This document shows positions 9,726-18,644 of a stretch of 32,000 nt of DNA, in pieces. Made by a program: the position numbers and the translations under genes. The DNA lies in the NCBI RefSeq assembly GCF_003231495.1, contig NZ_PQWO01000019.1, positions 41,899 through 73,898 on the forward strand. The letters run 5' to 3'. This DNA is from Acaryochloris thomasi RCC1774 (lineage in GTDB: Bacteria; Cyanobacteriota; Cyanobacteriia; Thermosynechococcales; Thermosynechococcaceae). Below the pieces are notes generated by a model that searched no databases, had not been told where the DNA came from, and saw only the letters and a list, made by a program, of their open reading frames with translations. Numbering within the stretch: the stretch's first letter is position 1; every line of letters begins with the position of its first letter.

Positions 9726-10352
9726 ATGACGGTTATTGCTTTTGACTTAGACGGCACTCTTAGCGATCCGGCAGTCGGAATTACGGCTTCAATCAACTAT
9801 GCATTAGAGAACCTAGGCGCTGCCCAGCAGACTCCAGAAAGCTTGACCCAGTATATTGGCCCACCACTAGATGAGATATTCTCTACCCTTTTGAAAACCG
9901 AGAATACAGCCATTATCGAACAGGCTATTTCATCCTATCGAGAACGATATTTCTCTATTGGATATACAGAGAACATTTTATATACAGGGGTACGTGGTGT
10001 TCTATCTAATCTCGTGCAGAATGGAGACAGACTATACATTGCAACATCGAAGAGAACTGATATCGCAAAAGCGGTGGTTGAATATCTCGAGCTTCAATCT
10101 TACTTTGTACAGGTTTTAGGCTGCGGGCGGAAACGGCAGAAACATGAGCTACTGCAAGAAATTATAGGTAAAGAGAGTGCTTTTGCCCTTGTTATGATTG
10201 GAGATCGCTCTCATGATATGCACGCTGGCCGTAGCGTTTCAGCAACCTGCATCGGCGTTTTATGGGGATATGGAAGCGCTGCCGAACTAAAGCACTCAGG
10301 TGCAGAGATCTTGCTCCAGCATCCTCAGGAGATATTGGGTTACCTTACCTAA
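9726..10352 (+). CDS. HAD-superfamily hydrolase (phosphoglycolate phosphatase-like)
   Basis: Motif I IAFDLDGTLSD and the late motif MIGDRSHDM. 208 aa is typical for subfamily IA. Confidence 0.8.
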   Translation: MTVIAFDLDGTLSDPAVGITASINYALENLGAAQQTPESLTQYIGPPLDEIFSTLLKTENTAIIEQAISSYRERYFSIGYTENILYTGVRGVLSNLVQNGDRLYIATSKRTDIAKAVVEYLELQSYFVQVLGCGRKRQKHELLQEIIGKESAFALVMIGDRSHDMHAGRSVSATCIGVLWGYGSAAELKHSGAEILLQHPQEILGYLT

Positions 10353-10372
10353 AGCACTAGAGGGAAAAAGAA

Positions 10373-11590
10373 ATGGCAGAGGTTGTCATTGTGGGGGCGG
10401 GTCCGACAGGGGCAACACTCGCTTTGCTGCTGACAAGACAGGGCATTCCCGTGACGCTCATTGAGGCGGCCAAGGACTTTAAAAGAGTGTTTCGGGGCGA
10501 AGGCTTAATGCCGAGCGGCTTAGATGCCCTGGAGCAAATGGATTTGTCCGAAGTTTTGAACCAGATTCCAACCCGCCCTCTGACGGGCTGGGAATTTATC
10601 ATCGATCAGAATCAGCTCTTTCGCGTAGAAGAGCCAATGGGAGCCGATCAACCTTGCACCCTTGTGTCGCAACCGCCTTTTCTAGAGGCCCTGATTGCTG
10701 AGGCACAGCGTTATACAACATTTGAGTTTATACAAGGTATACCCGTCAAAGATTTACGACGGCGCTCCCCAGTTGAAGGTGAGGAGATCGAGCATCCTCA
10801 AATTACAGGCGTCACGCTAGCAGACGGACGAGAGATATCTGCAGCTCTCGTCGTCGGAGCAGATGGCCGGAACTCGATTGTGCGACAGCGGGCCGGACTG
10901 CAGTTGGTTAGCCAGCCCAACGACATAAATATCCTGTGGTTCAAGCTTCCTGCCCATCCACGTTTCATCGAGGATAATGTTTTTTGCTCGATTCTCAACG
11001 CAGGCTCTGTCTTCAGCATCTTTCACGGAGCAGAGGCAGGAAAGCTCCATCTCGCATGGGTATTATCGGCAGATGACAAAATAGACCGACAAAATCAAGA
11101 CTGGGCAGAGACTTTTGCCTCTCTATCGCCTGCGTGGTTGGCGACACATTTCCGTGGCTGCGCCAATCAGGTAGAGCCTCCAATAAGGCTGACGGTGGTG
11201 GTGGGTCGGTGTCCAAGCTGGCACCAAACGGGCATCTTACTACTGGGGGATGCGGCTCATCCAATGTCTCCGGTGCGCGCCCAAGGGATTAATTTGGCGC
11301 TTCGAGACGTCATTGTTGCTGCCAACTACCTTGTGCCTCAACTAAAGGCAGAAAAGTCCCTTGACTCAGTGCTGCCCAAAATTCAAGCGGAACGGGAACC
11401 AGAGATTATCCGTGCTCAACATCTGCAAAAGCAAGAGGCGCGTCAAGGAGAGCTGTTGAAGAGCAATGGGGTGTTGCGATCGCTTCTTCATCAATTTGCT
11501 CCCTTGATCCGACCAGCCGCTCGATATTCTTGGATCAAACGGCAGCAACAGATGCGTCAGGGTGTCACACAGGTAAAACTAGCAATTTAA
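10373..11590 (+). CDS. FAD-dependent monooxygenase (UbiH/aromatic-ring hydroxylase-like)
   Basis: GxGxxG VVIVGAGPTGATLALLL, DG motif VVGADGRNS, and GDAAHPMSPVRAQGINLALRD. Starts 20 nt after the HAD gene. Confidence 0.8.
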   Translation: MAEVVIVGAGPTGATLALLLTRQGIPVTLIEAAKDFKRVFRGEGLMPSGLDALEQMDLSEVLNQIPTRPLTGWEFIIDQNQLFRVEEPMGADQPCTLVSQPPFLEALIAEAQRYTTFEFIQGIPVKDLRRRSPVEGEEIEHPQITGVTLADGREISAALVVGADGRNSIVRQRAGLQLVSQPNDINILWFKLPAHPRFIEDNVFCSILNAGSVFSIFHGAEAGKLHLAWVLSADDKIDRQNQDWAETFASLSPAWLATHFRGCANQVEPPIRLTVVVGRCPSWHQTGILLLGDAAHPMSPVRAQGINLALRDVIVAANYLVPQLKAEKSLDSVLPKIQAEREPEIIRAQHLQKQEARQGELLKSNGVLRSLLHQFAPLIRPAARYSWIKRQQQMRQGVTQVKLAI

Positions 11591-11644
11591 AGACCAAGCT
11601 TAAACTCGACCAAACGCACTCCCTCCATACAGATACCGACGACT

Positions 11645-11818
11645 ATGCCCGACCTGATTGACATACTCTATTGGCTAATAACGCCATGTGGCCTTACGGG
11701 CTTTTGGTTTTACAGACGACAGAAATTGCAGCTTTCTGAGATCCTTCAATACGGGTCTAATTTTTTCAAACAAGTGATGCTCAAATCGCCTTCATCCCCA
11801 AAAAAGAGCAACTCCTAG
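11645..11818 (+). CDS. possible small membrane protein (57 aa), below the ORF-track size cut-off
   Basis: ATG...TAG ORF read manually: MPDLIDILYWLITPCGLTGFWFYRRQKLQ... It has one hydrophobic helix followed by basic residues and sits in an otherwise empty 337-bp gap. Confidence 0.3.
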   Translation: MPDLIDILYWLITPCGLTGFWFYRRQKLQLSEILQYGSNFFKQVMLKSPSSPKKSNS

Positions 11819-11927
11819 ACAGAATCACCTCTTTTTACTCCTTGAACTATCGGACAAAATGCCCCCAAACACTGGTGATTAGCCCCAGTTCGTGTTACGA
11901 GAGGAGCAACCCATCAACTAGCCCACA

Positions 11928-12662
11928 ATGCCCAAGCCACATCAAGCCGAACTGATCTATCAATATCCGCCCCTGTCTTCAGGAACACTCATTAAACGGT
12001 ATAAGCGTTTTTTTGCCGACATTGAACTTGATAGTGGTGAAGTCGTCACAGCACACTGCCCCAATACCGGACCCATGACAGGAATTTACATTCCTGGCAA
12101 CCGCGTATGGATCTCTCACAGCGATAACCCCAAACGGAAGCTGAAATATACCTGGGAACTGATCGAGGTTGACGATAACGGTCCTGCTTGGGTGGGAGTC
12201 AATACCATGCTGCCCAACCGTGTGACAAAGCTATTGCTAGAAAAACGCTGTATTCCTGAGTTAGCTGATTTTGAGCAGCTCAAAACTGAAGTGCCCTACG
12301 GCCAAGAGAAAAGCCGCGTTGATTTCTTACTCACTGATGCAGCAGGGCAGCGCACCTATGTAGAAGTCAAAAATACAACCTGGGTTGAGGGACAGAAAGC
12401 CTTGTTCCCTGATACGGTTACCACGCGGGGACAAAAACATTTGCGAGAAATGACGGCTCTACTCCCACAGGAACGAGCCTGTATGCTGTACTTCATTAAT
12501 CGGGGCGACTGCACTTCCTTTGCACCCGGCGATACGACGGATCCACACTATGGTCAGCTCCTGCGCGAGGCAGTAGATGCCGGGATGAAAGTATTCCCCT
12601 GCCGGTTTGATGTTTCCCCTGAGGGACTTACCTTTCAAGGCTTAGCAACACTCGATTTATAA
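11928..12662 (+). CDS. sfsA: sugar fermentation stimulation protein homolog SfsA
   Basis: N-terminal LIKRYKRFFADIEL signature, HCPNTGPM, and typical length (244 aa). Confidence 0.85.
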   Translation: MPKPHQAELIYQYPPLSSGTLIKRYKRFFADIELDSGEVVTAHCPNTGPMTGIYIPGNRVWISHSDNPKRKLKYTWELIEVDDNGPAWVGVNTMLPNRVTKLLLEKRCIPELADFEQLKTEVPYGQEKSRVDFLLTDAAGQRTYVEVKNTTWVEGQKALFPDTVTTRGQKHLREMTALLPQERACMLYFINRGDCTSFAPGDTTDPHYGQLLREAVDAGMKVFPCRFDVSPEGLTFQGLATLDL

Positions 12663-12747
12663 AAGATTGCCCCTCATAAACATCCATTTCAATTGTTTGC
12701 CCGTATTACTAATGGAGGCAATGCACCTCACGTGAGGAGAGAACATT

Positions 12748-13221
12748 ATGAAATCAAAGAATATTCTGATGCTAGCAATTGGAATCGCAATTATTCCTGC
12801 TGCTGCAATTTTTGCAAACCAGAGCGGCAAGATTGATGCTCAAAGCATTGTGGTGGAACAGAGCGAACAGCCCACGGCTCAGGCAGATCCTATAGAAAGC
12901 GATAAGCTTGAGGTGCAGAATGTCATGAAACAGTACGTTCAAGGTTTAACGGCTGACAATGACCTGATGCCTATTATCTACAAAGGCAAGGTGCTGCAGC
13001 TTAAACTCGCGACCAGCGAAAAGTATCCTGACGGGTTTCATGCTGGCGTCTCGAATCAGGGCAACCTTTACACAAGCTGTGCTGATTTTGTTGATTCAAA
13101 AACCGGTGACAAGTATGACATCGACTTCTTAGTCAGCAAGTCTGACGGCAAGCTTCAACTGGTTCAACCCTTTGTTCACAGCGTCAATGGCGTCAAAAAC
13201 CCCTACGATCTAGAGCACTAG
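12748..13221 (+). CDS. secreted hypothetical protein (157 aa)
   Basis: GAGGAG Shine-Dalgarno upstream of the ATG. Signal-peptide-like N-terminus (ILMLAIGIAIIPAAAIFA). Followed by a strong terminator. No recognised domain. Confidence 0.65.
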   Translation: MKSKNILMLAIGIAIIPAAAIFANQSGKIDAQSIVVEQSEQPTAQADPIESDKLEVQNVMKQYVQGLTADNDLMPIIYKGKVLQLKLATSEKYPDGFHAGVSNQGNLYTSCADFVDSKTGDKYDIDFLVSKSDGKLQLVQPFVHSVNGVKNPYDLEH

Positions 13222-13246
13222 ACGCTCTGGACATATCAAAGAAAAA

Positions 13247-13275
13247 CCCCTCAGTTCGATGGCTGAGGGGTTTTG
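13247..13275. terminator. bidirectional Rho-independent terminator between convergent genes
   Basis: Stem CCCCTCAG (13247-13254) / CTGAGGGG (13263-13270). It is flanked by an A-run upstream and TTTT downstream, so it has a U-tract on either strand. Confidence 0.8.
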
Positions 13276-13316
13276 ATAATCAATGATTTTTTGGAATCAA
13301 GTAGAAAATCCTCTGA

Positions 13317-13469
13317 TTAGAAGTTGTTGAGGATTGAAGAGACTTGACCAATGATGCCTTGGCCGGTGAGGGCTTCAGTTGCAAGTGCAAGCACAAAGCC
13401 TAACATTGCCAACCGGCCGTTGAGTAGCTCATTTTCGATATTAAATCTTCCAGTATTCTCTTGAGTCAT
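13317..13469 (-). CDS. hli: high-light-inducible protein (HLIP, CAB/ELIP/HLIP family)
   Basis: Chlorophyll-binding helix motif ENELLNGRLAMLGFVLALATE. ATG at 13469 has GGAG 9 nt upstream and gives 50 aa. The track ORF extends to GTG 13511. Confidence 0.85.
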   Translation of the reverse strand: MTQENTGRFNIENELLNGRLAMLGFVLALATEALTGQGIIGQVSSILNNF

Positions 13470-13585
13470 GATCTGTTGCTCCGTAAATGCGTTGAGTGAA
13501 TCTTTGATCACTATAACGTAAACTTTTATTTCGTGTGGTTGACCAATTCGTCTTTATGTAGGTCTCCTGACATTCTCTGTGATTG

Positions 13586-16500
13586 TTATCGCTGAGATGC
13601 CCCCGTGGAGGTAGGGCTAGGCTCTAGTGCTGGCCTGTCAGAATCGGGATGTCTTGGCCGAATGTGATCAACTAAGCCCTTAATCACAATATAAAGGATG
13701 GGAACGACAAACAGACTTAAAAACGTAGCAATGAACATGCCGCCAAAGACTGCCGTACCTAGAGATCGACGACTAGCTGCTCCAGCTCCAGAGGCAATCA
13801 CTAAAGGAAAAATACCAATTAGCGTCGAAATAGCCGTCATCAAAATAGGACGCAGCCGCTGCTGAGCTGCTTCAAAAGCGGCCTTGCGGATCGGCAGCCC
13901 CTGTTCTCGCAATAGATTGGCAAACTCAACAATCAGGATCGAGTTCTTGCTCGCCAAACCAATCAGCATCACTAGCCCAATTTGACAGTAGACATCGTTG
14001 GGTAGTCCTCGTATTGACTGAGCAATCAGAGCGCCCAGAACGGCTAAAGGCACCGACAGCATGATGATGGTGGGATCGACAAAGCTCTCGTATTGAGCCG
14101 CTAGCACCAAAAAGACTAAAAACAGACCCAGGCCAAAGATGATTGCAGCCTGCCCTCCAGACTCAATCTCTTCTAATGAAGTGCCCGACCACTCGTACCC
14201 TAATCCAGGAGGGAGGGTTTGGTCAGCCACCGTTTCCATCGCCTTGATCACCTGACCGGAACTTGCGCCCGGGGCAGGTATCCCGTTGATTTCAATGGAG
14301 CGGTTGAGATTGTAGTGATTAATGGTTTGAGCACCGGTTTGAGTCGTTGTTGTGACAAGGTTACTCAGAGGAATAATCTGATCGTCATTGGAGCGCACGT
14401 AGAGGTTATTGATGTCTTCTGGATTAGACCGGAACTGCTCGTCTGCCTGCACATAAACGCGATAGGTGCGGCGTCCAAGGGTGAAATTATTGACAAACTG
14501 AGAGCCGAGATAGGTCTGGAGGGTATTGAAAATATCGTCAATATCGACCTGAAGAGACTTCGCTTGATCACGGTTAATGTCCACTTCAATTTGAGGCGTG
14601 TTGGCAGCATAGGTGCTGAAAGCTGCTGCGATCTCGGGTCGCTGATTAGCGGCCCCTAATAACGCCCCCATATTTTCGACGAGCTGACTGATTTCAAGAT
14701 TGCCTCGGCGATCTTGAAGTTGAAACTGAAAACCGCCAAAGCTGCCTAAACCTTGAATCGAGGGCGGATTGAGCGGCAAGATATTGGCCTCAGAGATTTG
14801 AGATAGCTCACCCTGCACACGCCCAATAATAGCCAGGGCTGATTTCTCAGGATCTTTGCGCTCAGACCAAGGTTTGAGGGTTGTAAAAATGATGCCACTA
14901 TTCGCTGTACTGCCACTAAACCCAAACCCGCCGACGGCAAAGGTAGCCCGCACTTCGGGAATCGGCAGCAGTTTCTCTTCGATCTGCCGCATCACATCGC
15001 TGGTGTAGTTGAGCGACACGCCTTCAGGACCACGAACAAGCGTAATGAAATAGCCTTGATCTTCGTCTGGTAAGAAAGCCGAAGGAACGGTCTGATAGAG
15101 CCACGCCGTCAAAGCGAGCAGCGCTGCAAAGATAGCGAGGACAAGGTACTTGAACCGATTCATCCACTGGAGCGATCGCCCGTAGACCCGCCTCATGCTG
15201 TCTAGGAATCGATTAAATTGCCGAAAGCCCCATCTCAGCCATCCCAGCCAGTCAGGAAGGGTTGCATTTCGTCGCAGCAGTAGCCCTGACAGGGTTGGCG
15301 TCAACGTCAGAGCGTTGAAGGTGGAGACTGCAATAGCAAAGGCAATCGTGAGTGCAAACTGGCGATATAGCGCCCCCGTCGTCCCAGGGAAAAACGCCAC
15401 CGGAATAAACACTGCCATCAACACTAGCGAGGTGGCAATCACCGCGCCCGTTAACTCTTTCATTGCTTCCAGCGCGGCCAGCTTTGGATCCATACCTCGA
15501 TTCTGGATGCGATCGGAGATATCTTCGACAATAACAATGGCATCATCCACTACCATTCCGGTGGCGAGTGTGAGACCAAACAACGTCAGGCTATTAATCG
15601 AAAAGCCAAAGATTTTAATGAACGCAAAGGTGCCAATCAGCGAAATGGGAATCGTGATGGCAGGAATAATAGTGGTGCGCCAGTCCTGCAAAAAGACAAA
15701 GATTACTAAGACCACCAAGCCCACAGCCTGCACCAAGGTCCAGATGACGCCCACCAAGGACTGCTCAACAAAATCTGTGGTGTCGAAACCGATATCGTAA
15801 ATCATCCCAGGAGGGAAGTCCTGAGACAGCTCCTCCATGGTCGCTTTGACGCCCCGCGCGACCTCTAGTGCATTACTCCCTGGAATCTGGACAATTCCTA
15901 GACCCACTGCCTCATTACCGCGAAATCGCAGGAAGGTACTGTAGTTTTCTGCCCCTAGCTCGGCCCGCCCAACGTCAGAAAGCTTAACCAGATTGCCGCT
16001 GTCACCTGTGGCAATCACCAAATCTTCGAATTCAGAGACGTTTCTAAGCTGGCTAATCGCCCGCAGATCAAGCTGAAACTGCTGTGTGCTATCGATAGGA
16101 GGCTGACCAATCTGCCCTGCTCCCACCTGAATGTTTTGCTCTTGGAGCGCATCAACCACATCTTGAGCCGTAAGGTTGCGGCTGGCTAGGCGATTAGGGT
16201 CCAGCCACAGCCGCATCGCATACTTTCGTTCTCCAAAAATCTGAACGTTGCCGACCCCGTCGACGCTTTTAAGGGCGTTAACAACATAAAGATCGGCATA
16301 ATTGCTCAAGAACGTACTGTCGTATTCTTTCGTGTCACTGTAGAGCCCGAAACCCAGCAGAAAATTACTGGACTCCTTGCTGACGCTAACCCCTGTTTGC
16401 AGCACCGTATCTGGAAGCTGTGGCTCTGCTAGGGACACACGATTTTGGACATCAACGGCTGCAATATCTTGATCGCGGGTGGACTCAAAGGTCGCAGTAA

Positions 16501-16771
16501 TCGAACTGGTGCCGTCGTTGCTGCTGCTGGAAGTGATGTAGCGCAGTCCTTCAGCCCCGTTAATCTCCCGCTCTAAAATGGTGGTAACCGCATCTTCAAC
16601 CGTCTGGGCATCGGCCCCAATGTAGTTTGCCCTCACGTTCACTTGCTTGGGGCTGATATCAGGGTATTGAGCAACCGGTAGCGTCGGAATACACACCAAT
16701 CCCATCAACAGAATAATTAAGGCACAGACCGTGGTGAAAACCGGACGTTTGATGAAAAAGTTGACGAGCAT
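13586..16771 (-). CDS. RND efflux transporter permease (AcrB/HAE1-type)
   Basis: 1061 aa. N-terminus FFIKRPVFTTV is typical of AcrB-family pumps. Two large periplasmic loops alternate with TM bundles. Starts 5 nt after the adaptor gene. Confidence 0.92.
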   Translation of the reverse strand: MLVNFFIKRPVFTTVCALIILLMGLVCIPTLPVAQYPDISPKQVNVRANYIGADAQTVEDAVTTILEREINGAEGLRYITSSSSNDGTSSITATFESTRDQDIAAVDVQNRVSLAEPQLPDTVLQTGVSVSKESSNFLLGFGLYSDTKEYDSTFLSNYADLYVVNALKSVDGVGNVQIFGERKYAMRLWLDPNRLASRNLTAQDVVDALQEQNIQVGAGQIGQPPIDSTQQFQLDLRAISQLRNVSEFEDLVIATGDSGNLVKLSDVGRAELGAENYSTFLRFRGNEAVGLGIVQIPGSNALEVARGVKATMEELSQDFPPGMIYDIGFDTTDFVEQSLVGVIWTLVQAVGLVVLVIFVFLQDWRTTIIPAITIPISLIGTFAFIKIFGFSINSLTLFGLTLATGMVVDDAIVIVEDISDRIQNRGMDPKLAALEAMKELTGAVIATSLVLMAVFIPVAFFPGTTGALYRQFALTIAFAIAVSTFNALTLTPTLSGLLLRRNATLPDWLGWLRWGFRQFNRFLDSMRRVYGRSLQWMNRFKYLVLAIFAALLALTAWLYQTVPSAFLPDEDQGYFITLVRGPEGVSLNYTSDVMRQIEEKLLPIPEVRATFAVGGFGFSGSTANSGIIFTTLKPWSERKDPEKSALAIIGRVQGELSQISEANILPLNPPSIQGLGSFGGFQFQLQDRRGNLEISQLVENMGALLGAANQRPEIAAAFSTYAANTPQIEVDINRDQAKSLQVDIDDIFNTLQTYLGSQFVNNFTLGRRTYRVYVQADEQFRSNPEDINNLYVRSNDDQIIPLSNLVTTTTQTGAQTINHYNLNRSIEINGIPAPGASSGQVIKAMETVADQTLPPGLGYEWSGTSLEEIESGGQAAIIFGLGLFLVFLVLAAQYESFVDPTIIMLSVPLAVLGALIAQSIRGLPNDVYCQIGLVMLIGLASKNSILIVEFANLLREQGLPIRKAAFEAAQQRLRPILMTAISTLIGIFPLVIASGAGAASRRSLGTAVFGGMFIATFLSLFVVPILYIVIKGLVDHIRPRHPDSDRPALEPSPTSTGASQR

Positions 16772-16776
16772 GGGAA

Positions 16777-18102
16777 TTACTCTGACTGGGCTTCAATCGG
16801 GGCACCGTCCGACAAATTAAGGATGCCAGAAGTGACAATGGTTTCTCCTGGTCGAAGGCCTTCAATAACTTGATAGCTGTTGCCCTGAATCTTACCCAGC
16901 TCTACAGCACGTTGACTGGCGACCAGGCCCTCAGGCTCATCTTCCGGCGGTTCGGCGACGAAGACAAAGGTCTCTCCCCCAAGTCGAGAGACAGCAGAAG
17001 TTGGAACCAGCACTCCAGTTCGTTTTTGCCAAATCACGGTACCAGAGACCCGCTGGGCATCTTGGAGCTGGCCGTTGTTGCGAAAGCTGGCCGTAGCCAA
17101 AACAGATTGGGTCGCGGCATTGGCGGTAGGAGAGATAAAGCTGATGTTACCTGTGGCAAGAGTCCGGTCATTTTGAAATGAGCGCACTTCCACAGGTAGG
17201 CCGACCTGTAGCTGGTTGCGGCGCTCCAGGGGAATCGATAGCTTCACCTCTAGCGTCTGATTTTGGGTAATCGTGGTCAGCGTGTCACCGATATCAACGT
17301 AGTCGCCCACCTTGATGGGAATATCACCCACAATTCCTGCGATGGGAGCCACGACCTGTGTATCCTGTAAATCTTCGCGCGTGGCGGCGGCGGCGGCGGT
17401 GGCCTGAGCCTGTTCTGCTTTAGTGGCTTCAAGGTTAGCTTTGGCGGCCTGAATTTGTTTGTCGGCAGCGACGAGGGCAGCTTGAGCAGAGTTGCGATCG
17501 CGAGTTACCCGGTCCAATTCCTGGCGGGCTAGAACCCCCTGAGAAACGAGTGTTGAGGTCCGTTTGTACTCTGTGTTTTGGAGGTCTACTTCTGCAGCAG
17601 CCTGTGCTCGTTGGGCCTGAACTGACCCCAGTTCAGCCTGAGCATTGCTGCGGTTCGCCCGAGCTGAGCTAATAGTTGCCAGAGCGGCACGGAACTCAGC
17701 CTGACTTTTTCCAGAGTTAAGCTGTAGCACAGGTTGATTGGGCTGCACCGGCGCGCCAGCAGCTACAAAAACCTGGGTCACACGGCCCTCGACCTTTGGC
17801 TTAAGATCAATGCCCTCTTGAGCTTCTAGATTGCCGACAAAACTGGTCCCATCTTCAATCGTGCTGGCCTGCAGCCGCTGCAGCTTCACTAGAGTTGCTT
17901 GGGCGGTCGGTGGTCCCGCTTGCTGAGAAGAGACAGGGGGTGAGAGCCAGCGCCACAACATTATCCCCCCCCCAATTGAGAGAAGTCCTAACAGGATCCA
18001 CTGTCCGTTCTTCCGAAAGACCGATGCTGCTCGGGAACGAGAGCCTTTTCCAGCGGAGGGACTAGAAGAATCCGCCATGTTTGATAATTCAGAAGATTTC
18101 AT
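16777..18102 (-). CDS. RND efflux periplasmic adaptor (membrane fusion protein)
   Basis: N-terminal TM anchor, A/Q-rich alpha-hairpin, lipoyl/barrel-sandwich motif VVAPIAGIVGDIPIKVGDYV. An alternative ATG is at 18078. Confidence 0.88.
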   Translation of the reverse strand: MKSSELSNMADSSSPSAGKGSRSRAASVFRKNGQWILLGLLSIGGGIMLWRWLSPPVSSQQAGPPTAQATLVKLQRLQASTIEDGTSFVGNLEAQEGIDLKPKVEGRVTQVFVAAGAPVQPNQPVLQLNSGKSQAEFRAALATISSARANRSNAQAELGSVQAQRAQAAAEVDLQNTEYKRTSTLVSQGVLARQELDRVTRDRNSAQAALVAADKQIQAAKANLEATKAEQAQATAAAAATREDLQDTQVVAPIAGIVGDIPIKVGDYVDIGDTLTTITQNQTLEVKLSIPLERRNQLQVGLPVEVRSFQNDRTLATGNISFISPTANAATQSVLATASFRNNGQLQDAQRVSGTVIWQKRTGVLVPTSAVSRLGGETFVFVAEPPEDEPEGLVASQRAVELGKIQGNSYQVIEGLRPGETIVTSGILNLSDGAPIEAQSE

Positions 18103-18118
18103 GTTCTATGTCGAAACA

Positions 18119-18140
18119 GTGAGACTTGATTAGGTCTCAC
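18119..18140. promoter_or_regulatory. perfect 7-bp inverted repeat in the 5' leader of the RND operon (candidate operator or RNA hairpin)
   Basis: GTGAGAC (18119-18125), 8-nt spacer, GTCTCAC (18134-18140). Lies 17 nt upstream of the adaptor ATG. Confidence 0.35.
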
Positions 18141-18644
18141 AATTATCTATACGTCAACGTAGCCCTTGGGTACATTCTTGGCATAGCTGAGATAGCCATT
18201 TACAGGGCGCCACACCAGTCGCCGACACCTCAGAGAGACGGCTGGAACACTATATTAAGCCACTATCTGCAAAGAATAATTTAAAAAGCTGCGATGTTTT
18301 TAAAGATGAGGATACTAAAAGAGGCCCGAACAATTACGATCTATTATGAACAGAAAAATCAGGATTTTGCCATATTTTTTATAAGCTCACCTGCTGAAAA
18401 AGCACCAGAAGTCTGATTCAGCAATGATCGTACTTATTGAGAATCAGTACTAAGACAACTTGTAAAACTTGGCCTGAATGCGTATATTTCAACTGATCCT
18501 TGTTGTTGTTAGGCAAATAGAGCGGGAATACCTACGTCAGATGGGCGGAAGCCCGATCCCAGCCAAAGGTCGGTTCCTTTCTACAATAGCGATAGGCAAG
18601 TATTCTAATGTCGCTGCTGTCTATCGTTGAGTCACGCAAGAGCC

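Noticed and set aside
13470-13585. HLR1 (RpaB-type direct repeat) motif upstream of hli
   Set aside because: Only one half-site-like element (GTTTACGT, minus sense, adjacent to a TATAGT -10-like box at 13510-13515) is visible. The second repeat at 10-nt spacing is not recognisable, so I do not call a binding site.
15195-15800. 201-aa ORF (and 14219-14659, 146 aa) on the plus strand inside the RND permease gene
   Set aside because: Both are entirely antisense to a 1061-aa gene with unambiguous AcrB-family features. Their sequences are low-complexity and S/T/A-rich with no motif. Long antisense ORFs are expected in such genes.
17383-17397. (GGC)5 trinucleotide repeat in the adaptor gene
   Set aside because: It encodes an in-frame Ala run within the A/Q-rich coiled-coil. 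Slippage would stay in frame, and the tract is short, so it is probably a compositional by-product.
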